IMG/VR virus record: IMGVR_UViG_3300043473_000022
Location: 1 to 45,422 of that record
Source: a virus
Taxonomy: Duplodnaviria > Caudoviricetes
Reading direction: 5' to 3' (one strand)
Length of the DNA: 45,422 nt
The notes below the pieces were generated by a model. The model was given only the letters and a program-made list of their open reading frames with translations. It searched no databases and was not told the DNA's origin. Below are positions 28,083-38,457 of this stretch, piece by piece; position 1 is the stretch's first letter, and every line of letters starts with the position of its first letter. The translations under genes were made by a program, and so were the position numbers.

Positions 28083-28610
28083 ATGGCCGGAATCGATGAA
28101 CTACTTGCAATGCAGGGCGGTGGTGGTGGTGGTGGAGGGGCTCCCATGCCTCCGGGTGGAATGCCTCCAAGTGGTGGCGGTGGTATGGCGCAAGCTTTAC
28201 AGGGCAAACTTCAAGAGCTTATGCAAGACCCTGTGGCTATGAAAGGTATGCAGGATTACATGCAGCAAATGGGTGGCGGTATGGGCGGGCCGGGGGCCGC
28301 ACAAGCACCGCCGGTTCCCGGCCCGATGGACATGCCTCCGGGGAACCTGCCTCCCGGCATGGAAGCGCCTCAAGGGGCACCTGCTCCTGAAGATGCCGAA
28401 GCTTTAGCTACTGACGCGATTGATAAAGCTGGTGGCTGGGAAGGAACCGAAGCTCCGACCCAAACTGACATTGAGCGTCTTAAGACCGATCCGTCACCGC
28501 CCAATGTCGATTCGTTTAATCAGCAGTTCGGTGATGGTGCGGCTGAAGAGGTTCTCGAAGGCGAGAGCGCCCCTGATGATGCTCCGCCCGAGGAAGCTGC
28601 TGAATACTAA
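28083..28610 (+). CDS. Gly/Pro/Met-rich acidic protein
   Basis: Start MAGIDELL with AAGGAG SD. Confidence 0.7.
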   Translation: MAGIDELLAMQGGGGGGGGAPMPPGGMPPSGGGGMAQALQGKLQELMQDPVAMKGMQDYMQQMGGGMGGPGAAQAPPVPGPMDMPPGNLPPGMEAPQGAPAPEDAEALATDAIDKAGGWEGTEAPTQTDIERLKTDPSPPNVDSFNQQFGDGAAEEVLEGESAPDDAPPEEAAEY

Positions 28611-28613
28611 GGT

Positions 28614-28628
28614 TGTGTGAGACACACG
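28614..28628. repeat. TGTGTG-N3-CACACA palindrome
   Basis: TGTGTGAGACACACG. Confidence 0.9.
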
Positions 28629-28638
28629 GGAGAACATT

Positions 28639-31600
28639 ATGGGTTACGATCCGCTAGGCAATTATACTCCTGATGATGATACTGCTCCCGCAGAAGAAGA
28701 AACACTCACGCCCCAAGAGAAGCTTAAGATTGAACTTCAGCAACTCAATGCTGCTCAGACGAGCGTTGCGCCTCCAAAGGTGCAATTAACGCCTGAGCAG
28801 CTTGCAAAGGTAGTCAAGACTGAGAAGATTACACCTACAAGCCCAAACGAGAAGCCAGTAGAGAACCAAGATCCGCCTGTGCCTGATGACGTAGCTATCA
28901 CCATGGACCCGGATACACCTCAACTTGAGCAACCTGATTACACGGTTAAAGATGATGCCAAGATCAGGATGCTTTCAACTGAAAGTAAGCCGGGAAGGAA
29001 GTTCTCTCCTGAAGTCGAAAGTGCAATGGATCAGGTTAAGCACCTGTACCCCAATATGACTCGTGAACAACTTGGAGCATTTATCCAAGTTGAAAGTGCT
29101 GGCATCCCGTGGGCTAATCAAGGGAAGAACACTCAATACAAAGGATTGTTGCAGATAGGCACACGCGACACAGCTAAGGATGCCAGTGAGTGGACAAAGT
29201 ATGGTGGTGGTAAGGACGTATACGATGCCGTTGCCAACCTTACTGGTGGCGCTAAACTCATGGAAAGGAATCGTGCGAGGTTCATCAAAGAGTTCGGTCA
29301 GGAACCCACCCCCGGTGATCTGTATCTAATCCACCAACAGGGATTTGGCTTCTTCAAGAATGGCACAATGACGAACATCGTAGGCAACCTGCCTCCTGAT
29401 GCTCGTAAGCCTGAGAACATGACTTGGGAAGGCTTTCGTAACTGGTGGACAAACCGGATCAATCGTGAGGTTGAGCGGCGTGGCACTGCTCCGTCTATGC
29501 GAGTAGCAGAGCCCAATCTACCTAATGGGTTTCTATACCCCGGAGCTTGGGCTGATGTGGGTGGCCCAGAACTAACCAAGGGCGGCCTTAACGATACTCC
29601 AGAAGCTCAGGCTATGATCTCTGAGCTAATGCGTAAGACACCACTCGCCCAACAAGGTGGTACCGCCCGTGCTGCTACCGAAGCTGCGATCGATGCTGCA
29701 CGCGATCCTAATCGGCGTTCGCAGAAGGTTGGACGTGTGCCGCTTTCGCGCGAGCGTACACAGGTTCCGGGACAAATTCCGGGTAGTGTGTCTCACACAG
29801 ACACCTTACCAATTCCCGGTATCACGTCAGACGGAACGCGAGCGTTGATCGACGCTACGAACCCGACGATGCTATCCACGATTATGAACTATCAGGCTGA
29901 TCCGGCAAACATTACACCTCCCCCGGTTGTAGAGGTGAAGCAGCCGATTGAACCTAAATCAGCCTCGTTCTTAGATCAACTCATTGGCGTTGTTAAAGCT
30001 CTCTCTACGTCAAACGAGAGCAATGCAATGACGAGTGAAAATATCAAGGCATTGCTCAACAAGTCTCCAGAGACACCTTGGAGTGAGGTCATTGCTAGCG
30101 GAGCCAATGATGCCAAAGAAGGCATTAAAAGCTTTGACAGGAACCTCACCGCTGGCCTTGTCGGTGGCATGATGTCTCAACCCGGACAGATTGGCCGTAG
30201 CATTGGTGGCTGGGGTGCCACTACCGCAGGACAACTCAGTGGATATGATCCCTTAACTAAGTGGGGTATCGAAACACAGATGGCCGCAGAACCGGCTGCA
30301 AAGTCATGGAAGGCATGGGGTGGTGCTGATCCTAATAGTGCTGTAGCATCTGGCGCGTTTAAGGTTGGCGAGAATATTGGCCCGAACGCGGCTAAGACGT
30401 TGTTTAATCTTGGCATGTCTAAGGTTGGTGAGGACTATCTCGGCCCCGCTGCGAAGTGGGCGGGGACAAACTATCCCATTCCCAACCTTAATCCTATCAG
30501 TCCTGCTCATGCTGCAAGCGTGTTTGGCAAGCCTCCATTAATTGTCGATACCCCCGGCGGGCCTGTAGCTATGAACGATGCCGACATCAGTCAGTTCGTT
30601 TATGGTGGCGCTTTTGCTGTTGGCTTCGGTTCGTCGATGCCACTCATTGCAAAAGGGGTTCGTGTGATACGCACAGCCAAGCCATTTGGCCTTGACGGTG
30701 TGTTCGATCCGCGACGGCCTGTCACTGGAGCGCCCGGAACAGAGGCAGCGAGCTTGCCTGTGGACAGACTTAAAGCCAGTGTCCTCGATCCGGGTAAAGC
30801 AGTCAGTGACATACTCGAACGGCAAGTCAAGTTTGAGAAAGCTACACGCCACGGCATTGATCCTCTCGCTGCGAACGAGGTATTACAACACTGGAAGGTC
30901 CAGACCAACTCAGGGGCACAAGCTCTGATCGGTGCAGCTCTCAAGGAAGGGGAGATGAACGCACCTGAGTATAGGTTTAACGTAAAGGTGTCTCTTGCTA
31001 AGATTGCAGAGTATGCAAAAGCGGTGCCAAACTTCAACGAGTATCTACGCCTTAAGATCATTGGCGAAGAGATTAACAAGAACATAGCATCGAACAGGTT
31101 CCTACCTCCCGGCAGTAAACAGGCTAAGAAAGAGGATTTTACGCATAACACAATCGGGCATGTATACGACCAAAATAGTGTGGCACAATCGATCACTTGG
31201 CTTGAAAACCAGCATCCTGAAATGAAGCAGATGTTCAGGCACTATCAGGACAACCTGATAGCAACGCGGGACTTTGTTACCTCTCACAGTAAGTATGCCA
31301 TTGAGGATGGAAAGGCTCTAACTGCACACGCGATACAAAACCCATCAATGCCAATCTTCTCATCAGCTAAGAAGGTTGACAAGCTTATCGAGAAGTATAC
31401 CGGCGGGGCTGATCCACTAAAGGTTGCAGAGCAGAACATGATACGAGCCTTCGAGACGCAGATGCGTTTCGACGCAGAGCAACGCTATATCAAAATGGCC
31501 TCTGATTATATCGGAGACAAAGCGTTTACGCCTCGTAGTAAGGATTGGGTTAAAGACCATGGCTCTGGCGCTAAGGAATCCGGGGCGTTGATGACTCGCA

Positions 31601-34014
31601 GACACAACGGAGAGGTAAAGTATTACACGGCTGATCCATTGATCGTGAGTATCTTCAACTCAGGGCATGTGCCTTTGAGTGGTCTAGAACAAGCCTTTGC
31701 CCAGTCTAAGAGCCTATTCCAAAAGACAACCACAGGCTTCTTTGCTCCGTGGTTTGCACCCACAGGCATGATCAGAGCTATGGAACAGGGCTGGACAACA
31801 GCTCCCGGAGGTATTCGCACAGCAGCAGGAAAGCGGGTAATGCCTTCTGGACCTGTGGCTACTATAATGGGTGTAGCAACTCGTCTTGGTCCGCAGATGG
31901 CACGACCCACTGCTAAGTTCTTCGGTGAGACACTGGCTAATACTGCATGGGGCAGAACCCTTACCGGAGGTCAGGCTGACTTGATCGCTCGCAGCCTAGA
32001 GAAATGGTATATGGACTCTGCCTATCGTAAGATGCAAGTCTCAGGCGGGTTCAACGAGAGTTCAGTCATGGAAGGTCAGGAGGTCGCCAAGTCGATTGTG
32101 ACTGCACGGAAGCTCTTCGGACAGAACCATGCCATGAACCCTGTGGTTAACATGATGGAGAAGGCCATAGGCACGATGAAAGCCTTCACCTATGATCCAT
32201 TACACAATAAAGTCTACAAGCCTATCAACTCGTTCTTGACCGCAGTCCAAGAAGCACCTGCATATGAGATGGCTCGCAAGACGCTCAAGGGTTCGGATGA
32301 GACACACAGACCCACACAGAACGGGAAGCCTCTATCTGACGCTCAAGTCTCTCAGGCAGTTTTCAAGAACTATACAGGCGACCCAAGCATTAGGGGTTTC
32401 CACAGGGACAAGAGCGGCAAGATGCTCAGGTTTGATCCGGGTGCAGGGCAGTCGTTCAACAGGCCATTGAACCCAATACAGAGGGGTGCCCAGAACGTCC
32501 TGCGAGCGACATGGGGAGCGCAGAATAAGGCAGTGGACCTCCTCGGCACTGCCGCACATGGATCACGAAGCGTTACACCTTGGGCGGGTGTGTTGTATCA
32601 GAGCCCTAGTGCCACGCTCGCAGCTATGAGGGATAACCCTGTAAGAGCAAACCTTGCCTTTGCCGCTAGTGCTGTATTGCCAGAGGTTACGGCATATCTG
32701 TGGAACGCGCATTGGAGTACCGTCCCAGTTCCGGTATACGATGAGAATGGTCAGCCTGTGTTAGACGCACAGGGCAGGCACAAGCATATCAAATACGACT
32801 ATGTAAACCATATGATGAATGGTCGAAACGAACACAACCTGATGAACAATGTTTATTTTGCCCATCCATACAAGAAGCCGAATGAGGGCTGGGAAGCTCG
32901 ACACTATCAAGAGGTAGCCTTTAATCGGTATATGACCAGAGCGTTCATGCATCAGTATATGGGAAAGAACTTCGACCATATGGGAGATGATCTACAGAAA
33001 GCCATGTGGGGATTCCTCGCAACCGCAGTTGTGCCCCCTATGCCCAGTGCAGCAGGAGCATTCCTCGGATCGAAAGGCATGGTATCCACAGGCGGCTTCA
33101 TGGGGTCATTGTACAAGACTCGAAACAATCCTTACATCGATCTGGGTGGAGGTGAAAGCCCACTAGAGTTAACCTTCAGAGCTATCATCCCATCGATCAC
33201 AGACATATTCCTGCAAGGACAACAGGCAGGGATGAGTGCGCCTGACTGGTGGAGCGTCCCCGGAGCGGTCACTAAGCAAGTCGGCAAGCGTATTGCTGGC
33301 AGAACTGCTATCCTTGGTGAAGCTACTGGAACGGCTAACAGCGGCGGTGGCTCTACCAGCCAGAGCGATGAACTCTGGTCTAACAAGAAAGTCATTGATG
33401 ATCTTACGTATAGGTATCGCGTCTGGGATGAGGGTCAGGGTGGGATTAAGATCAACAAAGGCTCTAAGTCTGGACGAGCATTCATTGCTGATTTCATGGG
33501 TGAACTACCACCTACAGCAGCAAAGGATCTGATAGCTAATCCGGGCTTACAGCAAGCACCACCGAAGAACCCACTTTATGGATTACTTATGAAGGAAATC
33601 GAAAAGACCTTCCAGAAGGATGAACCGAAGAAGGGTGGTATTGGCTTCAAAGCTATGTGGGGATTGTATGGAGTTTACGGTCAGCTATCGTCTAGGATGC
33701 GAACCGTGAATGAAGGCAATGCCAGCGCTTGGGTAGCAAAGCAACTCCAAGACCCTGAGACAATGCAATGGCTGCGTGAGCGTAATGTTAACCCATTAGA
33801 TTTTAGAGATGTTACGCAATACTATCAAAGCCGACGTAACAAGGTGACACAGCAGATACTTCAAACAGTCAGGGCTACAGAGCAACGATTGAGTCAAATG
33901 CCCGGAGTTCAGAAGGAGCTTAAAGGCAAGCCGTTTAAGATCAACATGCTCGATCCTGACAAGCTTGGGATTAATCCAGATGCTCACGGCATGACACCTG
34001 ATCCCGACTACTAA
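28639..34014 (+). CDS. Large internal virion protein with lytic transglycosylase-like domain
   Basis: 1791 aa; IQVESAG...YKGLLQIG...LYLIHQQG lysozyme-like motifs near N-terminus; last gene of structural operon. Confidence 0.8.
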   Translation: MGYDPLGNYTPDDDTAPAEEETLTPQEKLKIELQQLNAAQTSVAPPKVQLTPEQLAKVVKTEKITPTSPNEKPVENQDPPVPDDVAITMDPDTPQLEQPDYTVKDDAKIRMLSTESKPGRKFSPEVESAMDQVKHLYPNMTREQLGAFIQVESAGIPWANQGKNTQYKGLLQIGTRDTAKDASEWTKYGGGKDVYDAVANLTGGAKLMERNRARFIKEFGQEPTPGDLYLIHQQGFGFFKNGTMTNIVGNLPPDARKPENMTWEGFRNWWTNRINREVERRGTAPSMRVAEPNLPNGFLYPGAWADVGGPELTKGGLNDTPEAQAMISELMRKTPLAQQGGTARAATEAAIDAARDPNRRSQKVGRVPLSRERTQVPGQIPGSVSHTDTLPIPGITSDGTRALIDATNPTMLSTIMNYQADPANITPPPVVEVKQPIEPKSASFLDQLIGVVKALSTSNESNAMTSENIKALLNKSPETPWSEVIASGANDAKEGIKSFDRNLTAGLVGGMMSQPGQIGRSIGGWGATTAGQLSGYDPLTKWGIETQMAAEPAAKSWKAWGGADPNSAVASGAFKVGENIGPNAAKTLFNLGMSKVGEDYLGPAAKWAGTNYPIPNLNPISPAHAASVFGKPPLIVDTPGGPVAMNDADISQFVYGGAFAVGFGSSMPLIAKGVRVIRTAKPFGLDGVFDPRRPVTGAPGTEAASLPVDRLKASVLDPGKAVSDILERQVKFEKATRHGIDPLAANEVLQHWKVQTNSGAQALIGAALKEGEMNAPEYRFNVKVSLAKIAEYAKAVPNFNEYLRLKIIGEEINKNIASNRFLPPGSKQAKKEDFTHNTIGHVYDQNSVAQSITWLENQHPEMKQMFRHYQDNLIATRDFVTSHSKYAIEDGKALTAHAIQNPSMPIFSSAKKVDKLIEKYTGGADPLKVAEQNMIRAFETQMRFDAEQRYIKMASDYIGDKAFTPRSKDWVKDHGSGAKESGALMTRRHNGEVKYYTADPLIVSIFNSGHVPLSGLEQAFAQSKSLFQKTTTGFFAPWFAPTGMIRAMEQGWTTAPGGIRTAAGKRVMPSGPVATIMGVATRLGPQMARPTAKFFGETLANTAWGRTLTGGQADLIARSLEKWYMDSAYRKMQVSGGFNESSVMEGQEVAKSIVTARKLFGQNHAMNPVVNMMEKAIGTMKAFTYDPLHNKVYKPINSFLTAVQEAPAYEMARKTLKGSDETHRPTQNGKPLSDAQVSQAVFKNYTGDPSIRGFHRDKSGKMLRFDPGAGQSFNRPLNPIQRGAQNVLRATWGAQNKAVDLLGTAAHGSRSVTPWAGVLYQSPSATLAAMRDNPVRANLAFAASAVLPEVTAYLWNAHWSTVPVPVYDENGQPVLDAQGRHKHIKYDYVNHMMNGRNEHNLMNNVYFAHPYKKPNEGWEARHYQEVAFNRYMTRAFMHQYMGKNFDHMGDDLQKAMWGFLATAVVPPMPSAAGAFLGSKGMVSTGGFMGSLYKTRNNPYIDLGGGESPLELTFRAIIPSITDIFLQGQQAGMSAPDWWSVPGAVTKQVGKRIAGRTAILGEATGTANSGGGSTSQSDELWSNKKVIDDLTYRYRVWDEGQGGIKINKGSKSGRAFIADFMGELPPTAAKDLIANPGLQQAPPKNPLYGLLMKEIEKTFQKDEPKKGGIGFKAMWGLYGVYGQLSSRMRTVNEGNASAWVAKQLQDPETMQWLRERNVNPLDFRDVTQYYQSRRNKVTQQILQTVRATEQRLSQMPGVQKELKGKPFKINMLDPDKLGINPDAHGMTPDPDY
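29785..29799. repeat. Palindrome inside CDS
   Basis: AGTGTGTCTCACACA. Confidence 0.85.
30661..30675. repeat. Palindrome variant inside CDS
   Basis: CGTGTGATACGCACA. Confidence 0.5.
32294..32308. repeat. Degenerate palindrome variant inside CDS
   Basis: CGGATGAGACACACA. Confidence 0.45.
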
Positions 34015-34051
34015 AAGAAAAGGGCTTGTGTGTGACACACAAGCCCTTTTT
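34013..34051. terminator. Bidirectional terminator built on palindrome copy
   Basis: AAAAGGGCTTGTGTG-TGA-CACACAAGCCCTTTT between convergent operons. Confidence 0.85.
34027..34041. repeat. TGTGTG-N3-CACACA palindrome
   Basis: TGTGTGTGACACACA in terminator. Confidence 0.95.
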
Positions 34052-34052
34052 G

Positions 34053-34316
34053 TTATCCCTCTTTCCGGTACTCATCGTCGAGGATGTTCACTGTAGCCCG
34101 CCAGTAGACAGTTCGATTGTATAAGAACTTCTGGGCTCTGTCCTCTTTGACTAGCATCTCAAGGTAAGCCCTGAGTTCATCGGGGTCAGCTTCGTCAAAG
34201 TATTTGATTATCTCGCTCTCTTTGCCTCCATGTAAGCCACGGCCTATTAACAGTTGCTCTAGGAGTTTATGCCAGCGACGAAACGTTAGAGTTCTACCTT
34301 CTTCAGATGCGACCAT
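34053..34316 (-). CDS. Small winged-helix-like protein
   Basis: GGAG SD; ESEIIKYF...DELRAYLEMLVKEDRAQK...VYWR pattern resembles wHTH. Confidence 0.55.
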   Translation of the reverse strand: MVASEEGRTLTFRRWHKLLEQLLIGRGLHGGKESEIIKYFDEADPDELRAYLEMLVKEDRAQKFLYNRTVYWRATVNILDDEYRKEG

Positions 34317-36826
34317 CGATGTACTCCATTTGGATCTTCCTTGTAGTCCCACTTACCCTTATCATCCAAAACATAGCTTACTGGATAGCTCATCTTAGCA
34401 TCAGCCGGGATGATAAGCTCTTCGATCTTGTTAGTGAACACATTACGAATAGGAATAGGCTTCTCAGCGTATTTGATCATTATCGAAAGAGCAGTCTTGA
34501 TAGTGCGAGGACTAGCAATGCATACAAGGTTATCATGCACGTCAATAGCAACGCGAGCGTCTTCGGGCCATTCATCGTCGCTCTCACTCTCGTACCAAAC
34601 TTGCGTAATCTTGTCACCAATGGTTGACTGGGGGTAGAAGGCAACGATTGATTTGAGGACATCATCATCGATCCTTTGTATAACTCTGAACCTTCGACCG
34701 AGCGCGTTAAATACTGTCTTAGTCTTGCGGAAGTTTCCCTCTTCAGCATCCCACCATCTTTCAAGTTCTGGTGTTGTGCTATGATAAATGACAAAGTTGC
34801 GGCTTGCTTCGTTGTAAGATAGCCCTGTGACCTCAGATAGCTTATATCTTTCCATTCGATAGTTAAGCCCATGTCGGCATCGTTTAGCAATATACCGTAT
34901 AGTGGGTTTGTCGTTGTCATCGTGATCGGAGGTAGGCACCTTATCGTATGGCACCTTAAACATCTCTGACGCCAACGCACGGTGGCAATCATACTTTCCG
35001 TCCAGTCTGGCTTTCTCAAATTGATTCTGCCATTTGAGGATACCCGCCCTCCATCCGACGACACGCGCTTCGGCTTGTGAAAGGTCGAAGTATCCAAAGA
35101 CCATCCCTTCGTCGCATAGGTACATTTCTCTAGCTCGCAGAGGTTGGTTCTGCATATTCCCACCTTGCCCATCAAGCAGTGCTGCACTTGACAGACGACC
35201 CGGTGCCTTTTGGACTCCATTCTGCTTGTACTCTGACCGGAATCGTCCATCAGGACCAACGGTCGAGTCGGCGTATGTACCAAGAAACTTGGCCTCTTCT
35301 GCGTATCGGTTGACATATCCGATCATTTCCTTAACGAGCGGTGGAGTCTCAGGGTTCTTCAAGATATTGATACGATTGGATTCGTCGGTGGATGTACCAC
35401 GACCTTTGAGGCGAAGCCTGTTGAAGTATAAGTCCTTCATCTGTTGCCATGAGCCGGGATTGGGATCATAGAACGGATTGCCTGTAAGCTCGTGTACGCA
35501 ATCGTGAAACTTACCAAGGATGCCTTGGACATCTTCACTGATAAGCTTTACAAGTTGTTCTTTACGTTTGAGATCCACTGCGACGCCATGGATGGTAGCA
35601 CTGACGAGGTGGGGGTGGGCTCGCATGACGTGTTCTTTGTAGAACCTCCAGAGGTCTTGGCTTTTGAGTTCCTCCGACATCCTTTCCCAGCATCGGAGAG
35701 TGATGCATGTATCCTTGCCATTGTAGCGCCAGAAATCATCAATAGTGCCTCCTTCCTTCCAAGACTCAAGTTCGTCCTTATAGAAAGGATGGGTCGTGTA
35801 CTGTGACGTAAGAAACCCGAGGTTATGAGGAAGTTGAGGGTATAGAGTGTGGTGTTGGAGAAGGGTGTCATCAGAGAATGATACACTGAGCCAATCTTTA
35901 AGCCGCAAGGCGTAAGTATCGAACTGAGCGTTTTGTCCAATGAGGGGGACATCGTTTTGTTTGTGTGCGTCACACAAGTCTTGGATCGCGTAGAGGATGT
36001 TAGCTTCTTCGCGAAGGGAGAAACGGTTATCTCTATCGTCTCTCCAGTTGATGCAGAGTGAGTGGTGCGGATCATTAGCGAAACCAATACAGGCTGTTTC
36101 TCTAGCAATCCACTCAATGTCCATTGAAGTTGGCTTTCGTGCCTTCTTAATATCTTCAATCTCTTTGAGACATTGACGATACGTTGGATTAATAAGCGTT
36201 TCGATCTTGTAAGGTTTGTATGTTCCTGCGAGGACGGCACCGAGGCGATTCCTTATATCTAGAGTGAACACTGGTTCGAGCTTCAACTCCCGCATGGCAT
36301 ATGCGGGGTTGATTGTTACGACATACGTACCTAGGCGATTGCCGGGAAGCTTCGCGCCTTGTATGACACTTCCTCTCCAGTTCGTTACTTTATCCTCACC
36401 AAGAAGGGCACTGAGTGCGAAGTTTCCCATAATGAGAACTGTCTTGAGGTTAGGCAACTGTCCAAGCTCCCACTCAAGCAGGTCGGCCCACTTGTCAAGT
36501 TCTTCTCGCTTGACGGCGTTTCGTTCGTCACCATGTCTTGATAAAGAGATCTGCCTTTTAACAACGTTTGTTGTATAGACATCAGTACGATGTAGACCGA
36601 TAGACTTGAGTGTCTCAAATAGAAGCTTCCCTGAGCCACCGATAAAAGGACGGCCACGCTCCACTTCTGACTGTCCCGGACCCTCCCCCACAATTGCAAC
36701 ACTGGCATTGAATGGACCCTCCGAAAAGACTTGGACCGTGAGGCCCAAGTCAGATGCATGAGCGCGGAAATGATCCTCTAGATCACTTGTCGTGGTTGGG
36801 TTTGGGTTCGCTATGATCTTTAACAT
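34286..36826 (-). CDS. polA: Family A DNA polymerase with N-terminal uracil-DNA-glycosylase-like domain and 3'-5' exonuclease
   Basis: VGEGPG..E...GRPFIG (UDG family 4-like); exo DIE, NAQFD, YNGKD; motif A DLSQAEAR, B KRCRHGLNY, C VHD; start MLKII with GGAG SD. Confidence 0.92.
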   Translation of the reverse strand: MLKIIANPNPTTTSDLEDHFRAHASDLGLTVQVFSEGPFNASVAIVGEGPGQSEVERGRPFIGGSGKLLFETLKSIGLHRTDVYTTNVVKRQISLSRHGDERNAVKREELDKWADLLEWELGQLPNLKTVLIMGNFALSALLGEDKVTNWRGSVIQGAKLPGNRLGTYVVTINPAYAMRELKLEPVFTLDIRNRLGAVLAGTYKPYKIETLINPTYRQCLKEIEDIKKARKPTSMDIEWIARETACIGFANDPHHSLCINWRDDRDNRFSLREEANILYAIQDLCDAHKQNDVPLIGQNAQFDTYALRLKDWLSVSFSDDTLLQHHTLYPQLPHNLGFLTSQYTTHPFYKDELESWKEGGTIDDFWRYNGKDTCITLRCWERMSEELKSQDLWRFYKEHVMRAHPHLVSATIHGVAVDLKRKEQLVKLISEDVQGILGKFHDCVHELTGNPFYDPNPGSWQQMKDLYFNRLRLKGRGTSTDESNRINILKNPETPPLVKEMIGYVNRYAEEAKFLGTYADSTVGPDGRFRSEYKQNGVQKAPGRLSSAALLDGQGGNMQNQPLRAREMYLCDEGMVFGYFDLSQAEARVVGWRAGILKWQNQFEKARLDGKYDCHRALASEMFKVPYDKVPTSDHDDNDKPTIRYIAKRCRHGLNYRMERYKLSEVTGLSYNEASRNFVIYHSTTPELERWWDAEEGNFRKTKTVFNALGRRFRVIQRIDDDVLKSIVAFYPQSTIGDKITQVWYESESDDEWPEDARVAIDVHDNLVCIASPRTIKTALSIMIKYAEKPIPIRNVFTNKIEELIIPADAKMSYPVSYVLDDKGKWDYKEDPNGVHRWSHLKKVEL
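35962..35976. repeat. Palindrome inside CDS
   Basis: TGTGTGCGTCACACA in polA. Confidence 0.9.
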
Positions 36827-37232
36827 CAGGTTCTCCACGCAGTTGGTTTGCTTTAAGTTCGACCCACTTAGGATATTCAGGAGAGTCTTTCGGTGGCTCG
36901 TCATCTTCGTGTGTCTCACACACTTCTGGGGCTAGTGACTTAGTAAGAACAGTGCCACAATTCTCACAAACACTATACACCCCAAGACCACCGCCCCCAG
37001 CCATACCATAAAGGCCGGTAATTGCAGGGGCTTCGAGGTGCTTGCATTCCGGGTTTTGACATACCACTGTCTCGTCATATTCAGGGATATCCTTATGTGA
37101 ACTAGTCATTTCCTTCTCCTCAAACCACTCTAAGATGTCTGCTCTAAACTCCTCGCAGACTTTAGGATCGTCCAATGCGGCAGATAGCCAAGCACCTATC
37201 TTTCGATCAGCCGGTGTATATCTATCCACCAT
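36783..37232 (-). CDS. Zinc-finger-like hypothetical protein
   Basis: CQNPEC...CENC; alternative start 37109 with GAGGAG SD. Confidence 0.6.
   Translation of the reverse strand: MVDRYTPADRKIGAWLSAALDDPKVCEEFRADILEWFEEKEMTSSHKDIPEYDETVVCQNPECKHLEAPAITGLYGMAGGGGLGVYSVCENCGTVLTKSLAPEVCETHEDDEPPKDSPEYPKWVELKANQLRGEPDVKDHSEPKPNHDK
36908..36922. repeat. Palindrome inside CDS
   Basis: CGTGTGTCTCACACA. Confidence 0.9.
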
Positions 37233-38457
37233 TGTATTTTCTCATGGATTGGGTCATTCCCATTCGATCGCAGATTACGATCACGTTATGTTTAGCACGA
37301 GTTATCGCAGTATAAAAGTTACGTCTATGTAACATTCGAGGTGCTGCACGAGTCATGCAATAGATCACTGTGTCGAACTCACTTCCTTGTGACTTATGAG
37401 TGGTAATAGCATATCCAAGCTCGATCTTCTTTCGTGGGTCGTAGTGAATGATTGATCCATGAAAAGGAGAATACGTCTGTATAAATGGCGGTATAACAAG
37501 TTGGCGATCTTCTGTCGAGATTTGTAACGATCCGTCCTCGGAGTTGACCCAATCGATGTATCCCAAGTCGCCATTGAACAGTTTAAGTTGATAATCGTTT
37601 TGGTTCCACAAGAACTTGTCGCCACCGCGTAATGCAATGGGAGGAGGGTCGTCCTTAAGGATCTTGGCCTTACGGTCCACACGAAGTATGTCTCCGGTGG
37701 GATTGAACTTGAGTTGTAACGATGGGTTAACTCGATTAGTGCCATAATTGCCGTTGCGTGTTGGCATGATGATCTGTACCCCACGTTGACATACCTCCTT
37801 CGTGGTGAAGCTAATCAATTGCCGGATGGGTTGTTCGGTGTAGATAATCTCGAACCTATCGTTTCGAATAGGCAGTCTCCCGACGCGGATGCGTTCTGCA
37901 TTGAGCAGGATTTCGTCATCTGATCGGAAGCAACGGTTGAGGCGTTTGAACGCTTTCTTCTTTAACAGTTCCTCAAACGGCGACCCTTTGTCCACAGGTG
38001 GTAACTGTTCGTTATCCCCAAAGAACCTGATCCGTCCGTTAGAAGGTAACGCTGCCATAAGCTGTTCGTATAGTTGTTGGGACAGCATCGAACTCTCATC
38101 AACGTATACGACACGCTCGTACAGGGGCCGCTCTCGATTACGTCGAGGGTCAGGTGGTAATGGCTTTCCATCTTTGTCCTCGTCGTCAGGCTGAGGAAAC
38201 TCTAACAGCTTGTGTATGGTCTTAGCACGTATACCAGTGAGTTCGTAGATACGTTTGGCGGCACGTCCTGTTGGGGCACACAACACAACCTTACCTGTAC
38301 CAACCTGAGAGACAGTCTCGTCAAACGCAATACCTAACACACTAGTTTTACCTGTACCGGCTCTCCCGGTTACGGAGAAGATGCGGTTGAGAGGATCAAG
38401 ACACATCTCAACCGCTTCCTCTTGTTCACCAGACAGTTTAATCTCCTGTCTTTTCAT
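37222..38457 (-). CDS. RecD/Dda-like SF1B helicase
   Basis: GRAGTGKT, APTGRAA, TIHKLL, VDESSM, GDNEQLPPV, YAITTHKSQGSE, YTAITRA. Confidence 0.92.
   Translation of the reverse strand: MKRQEIKLSGEQEEAVEMCLDPLNRIFSVTGRAGTGKTSVLGIAFDETVSQVGTGKVVLCAPTGRAAKRIYELTGIRAKTIHKLLEFPQPDDEDKDGKPLPPDPRRNRERPLYERVVYVDESSMLSQQLYEQLMAALPSNGRIRFFGDNEQLPPVDKGSPFEELLKKKAFKRLNRCFRSDDEILLNAERIRVGRLPIRNDRFEIIYTEQPIRQLISFTTKEVCQRGVQIIMPTRNGNYGTNRVNPSLQLKFNPTGDILRVDRKAKILKDDPPPIALRGGDKFLWNQNDYQLKLFNGDLGYIDWVNSEDGSLQISTEDRQLVIPPFIQTYSPFHGSIIHYDPRKKIELGYAITTHKSQGSEFDTVIYCMTRAAPRMLHRRNFYTAITRAKHNVIVICDRMGMTQSMRKYNGG

Noticed and set aside
34480-36240. Long alternative-frame ORFs within polA and antisense ORFs across the structural operon
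   Set aside because: Shadow ORFs of well-supported genes, with no independent signals.
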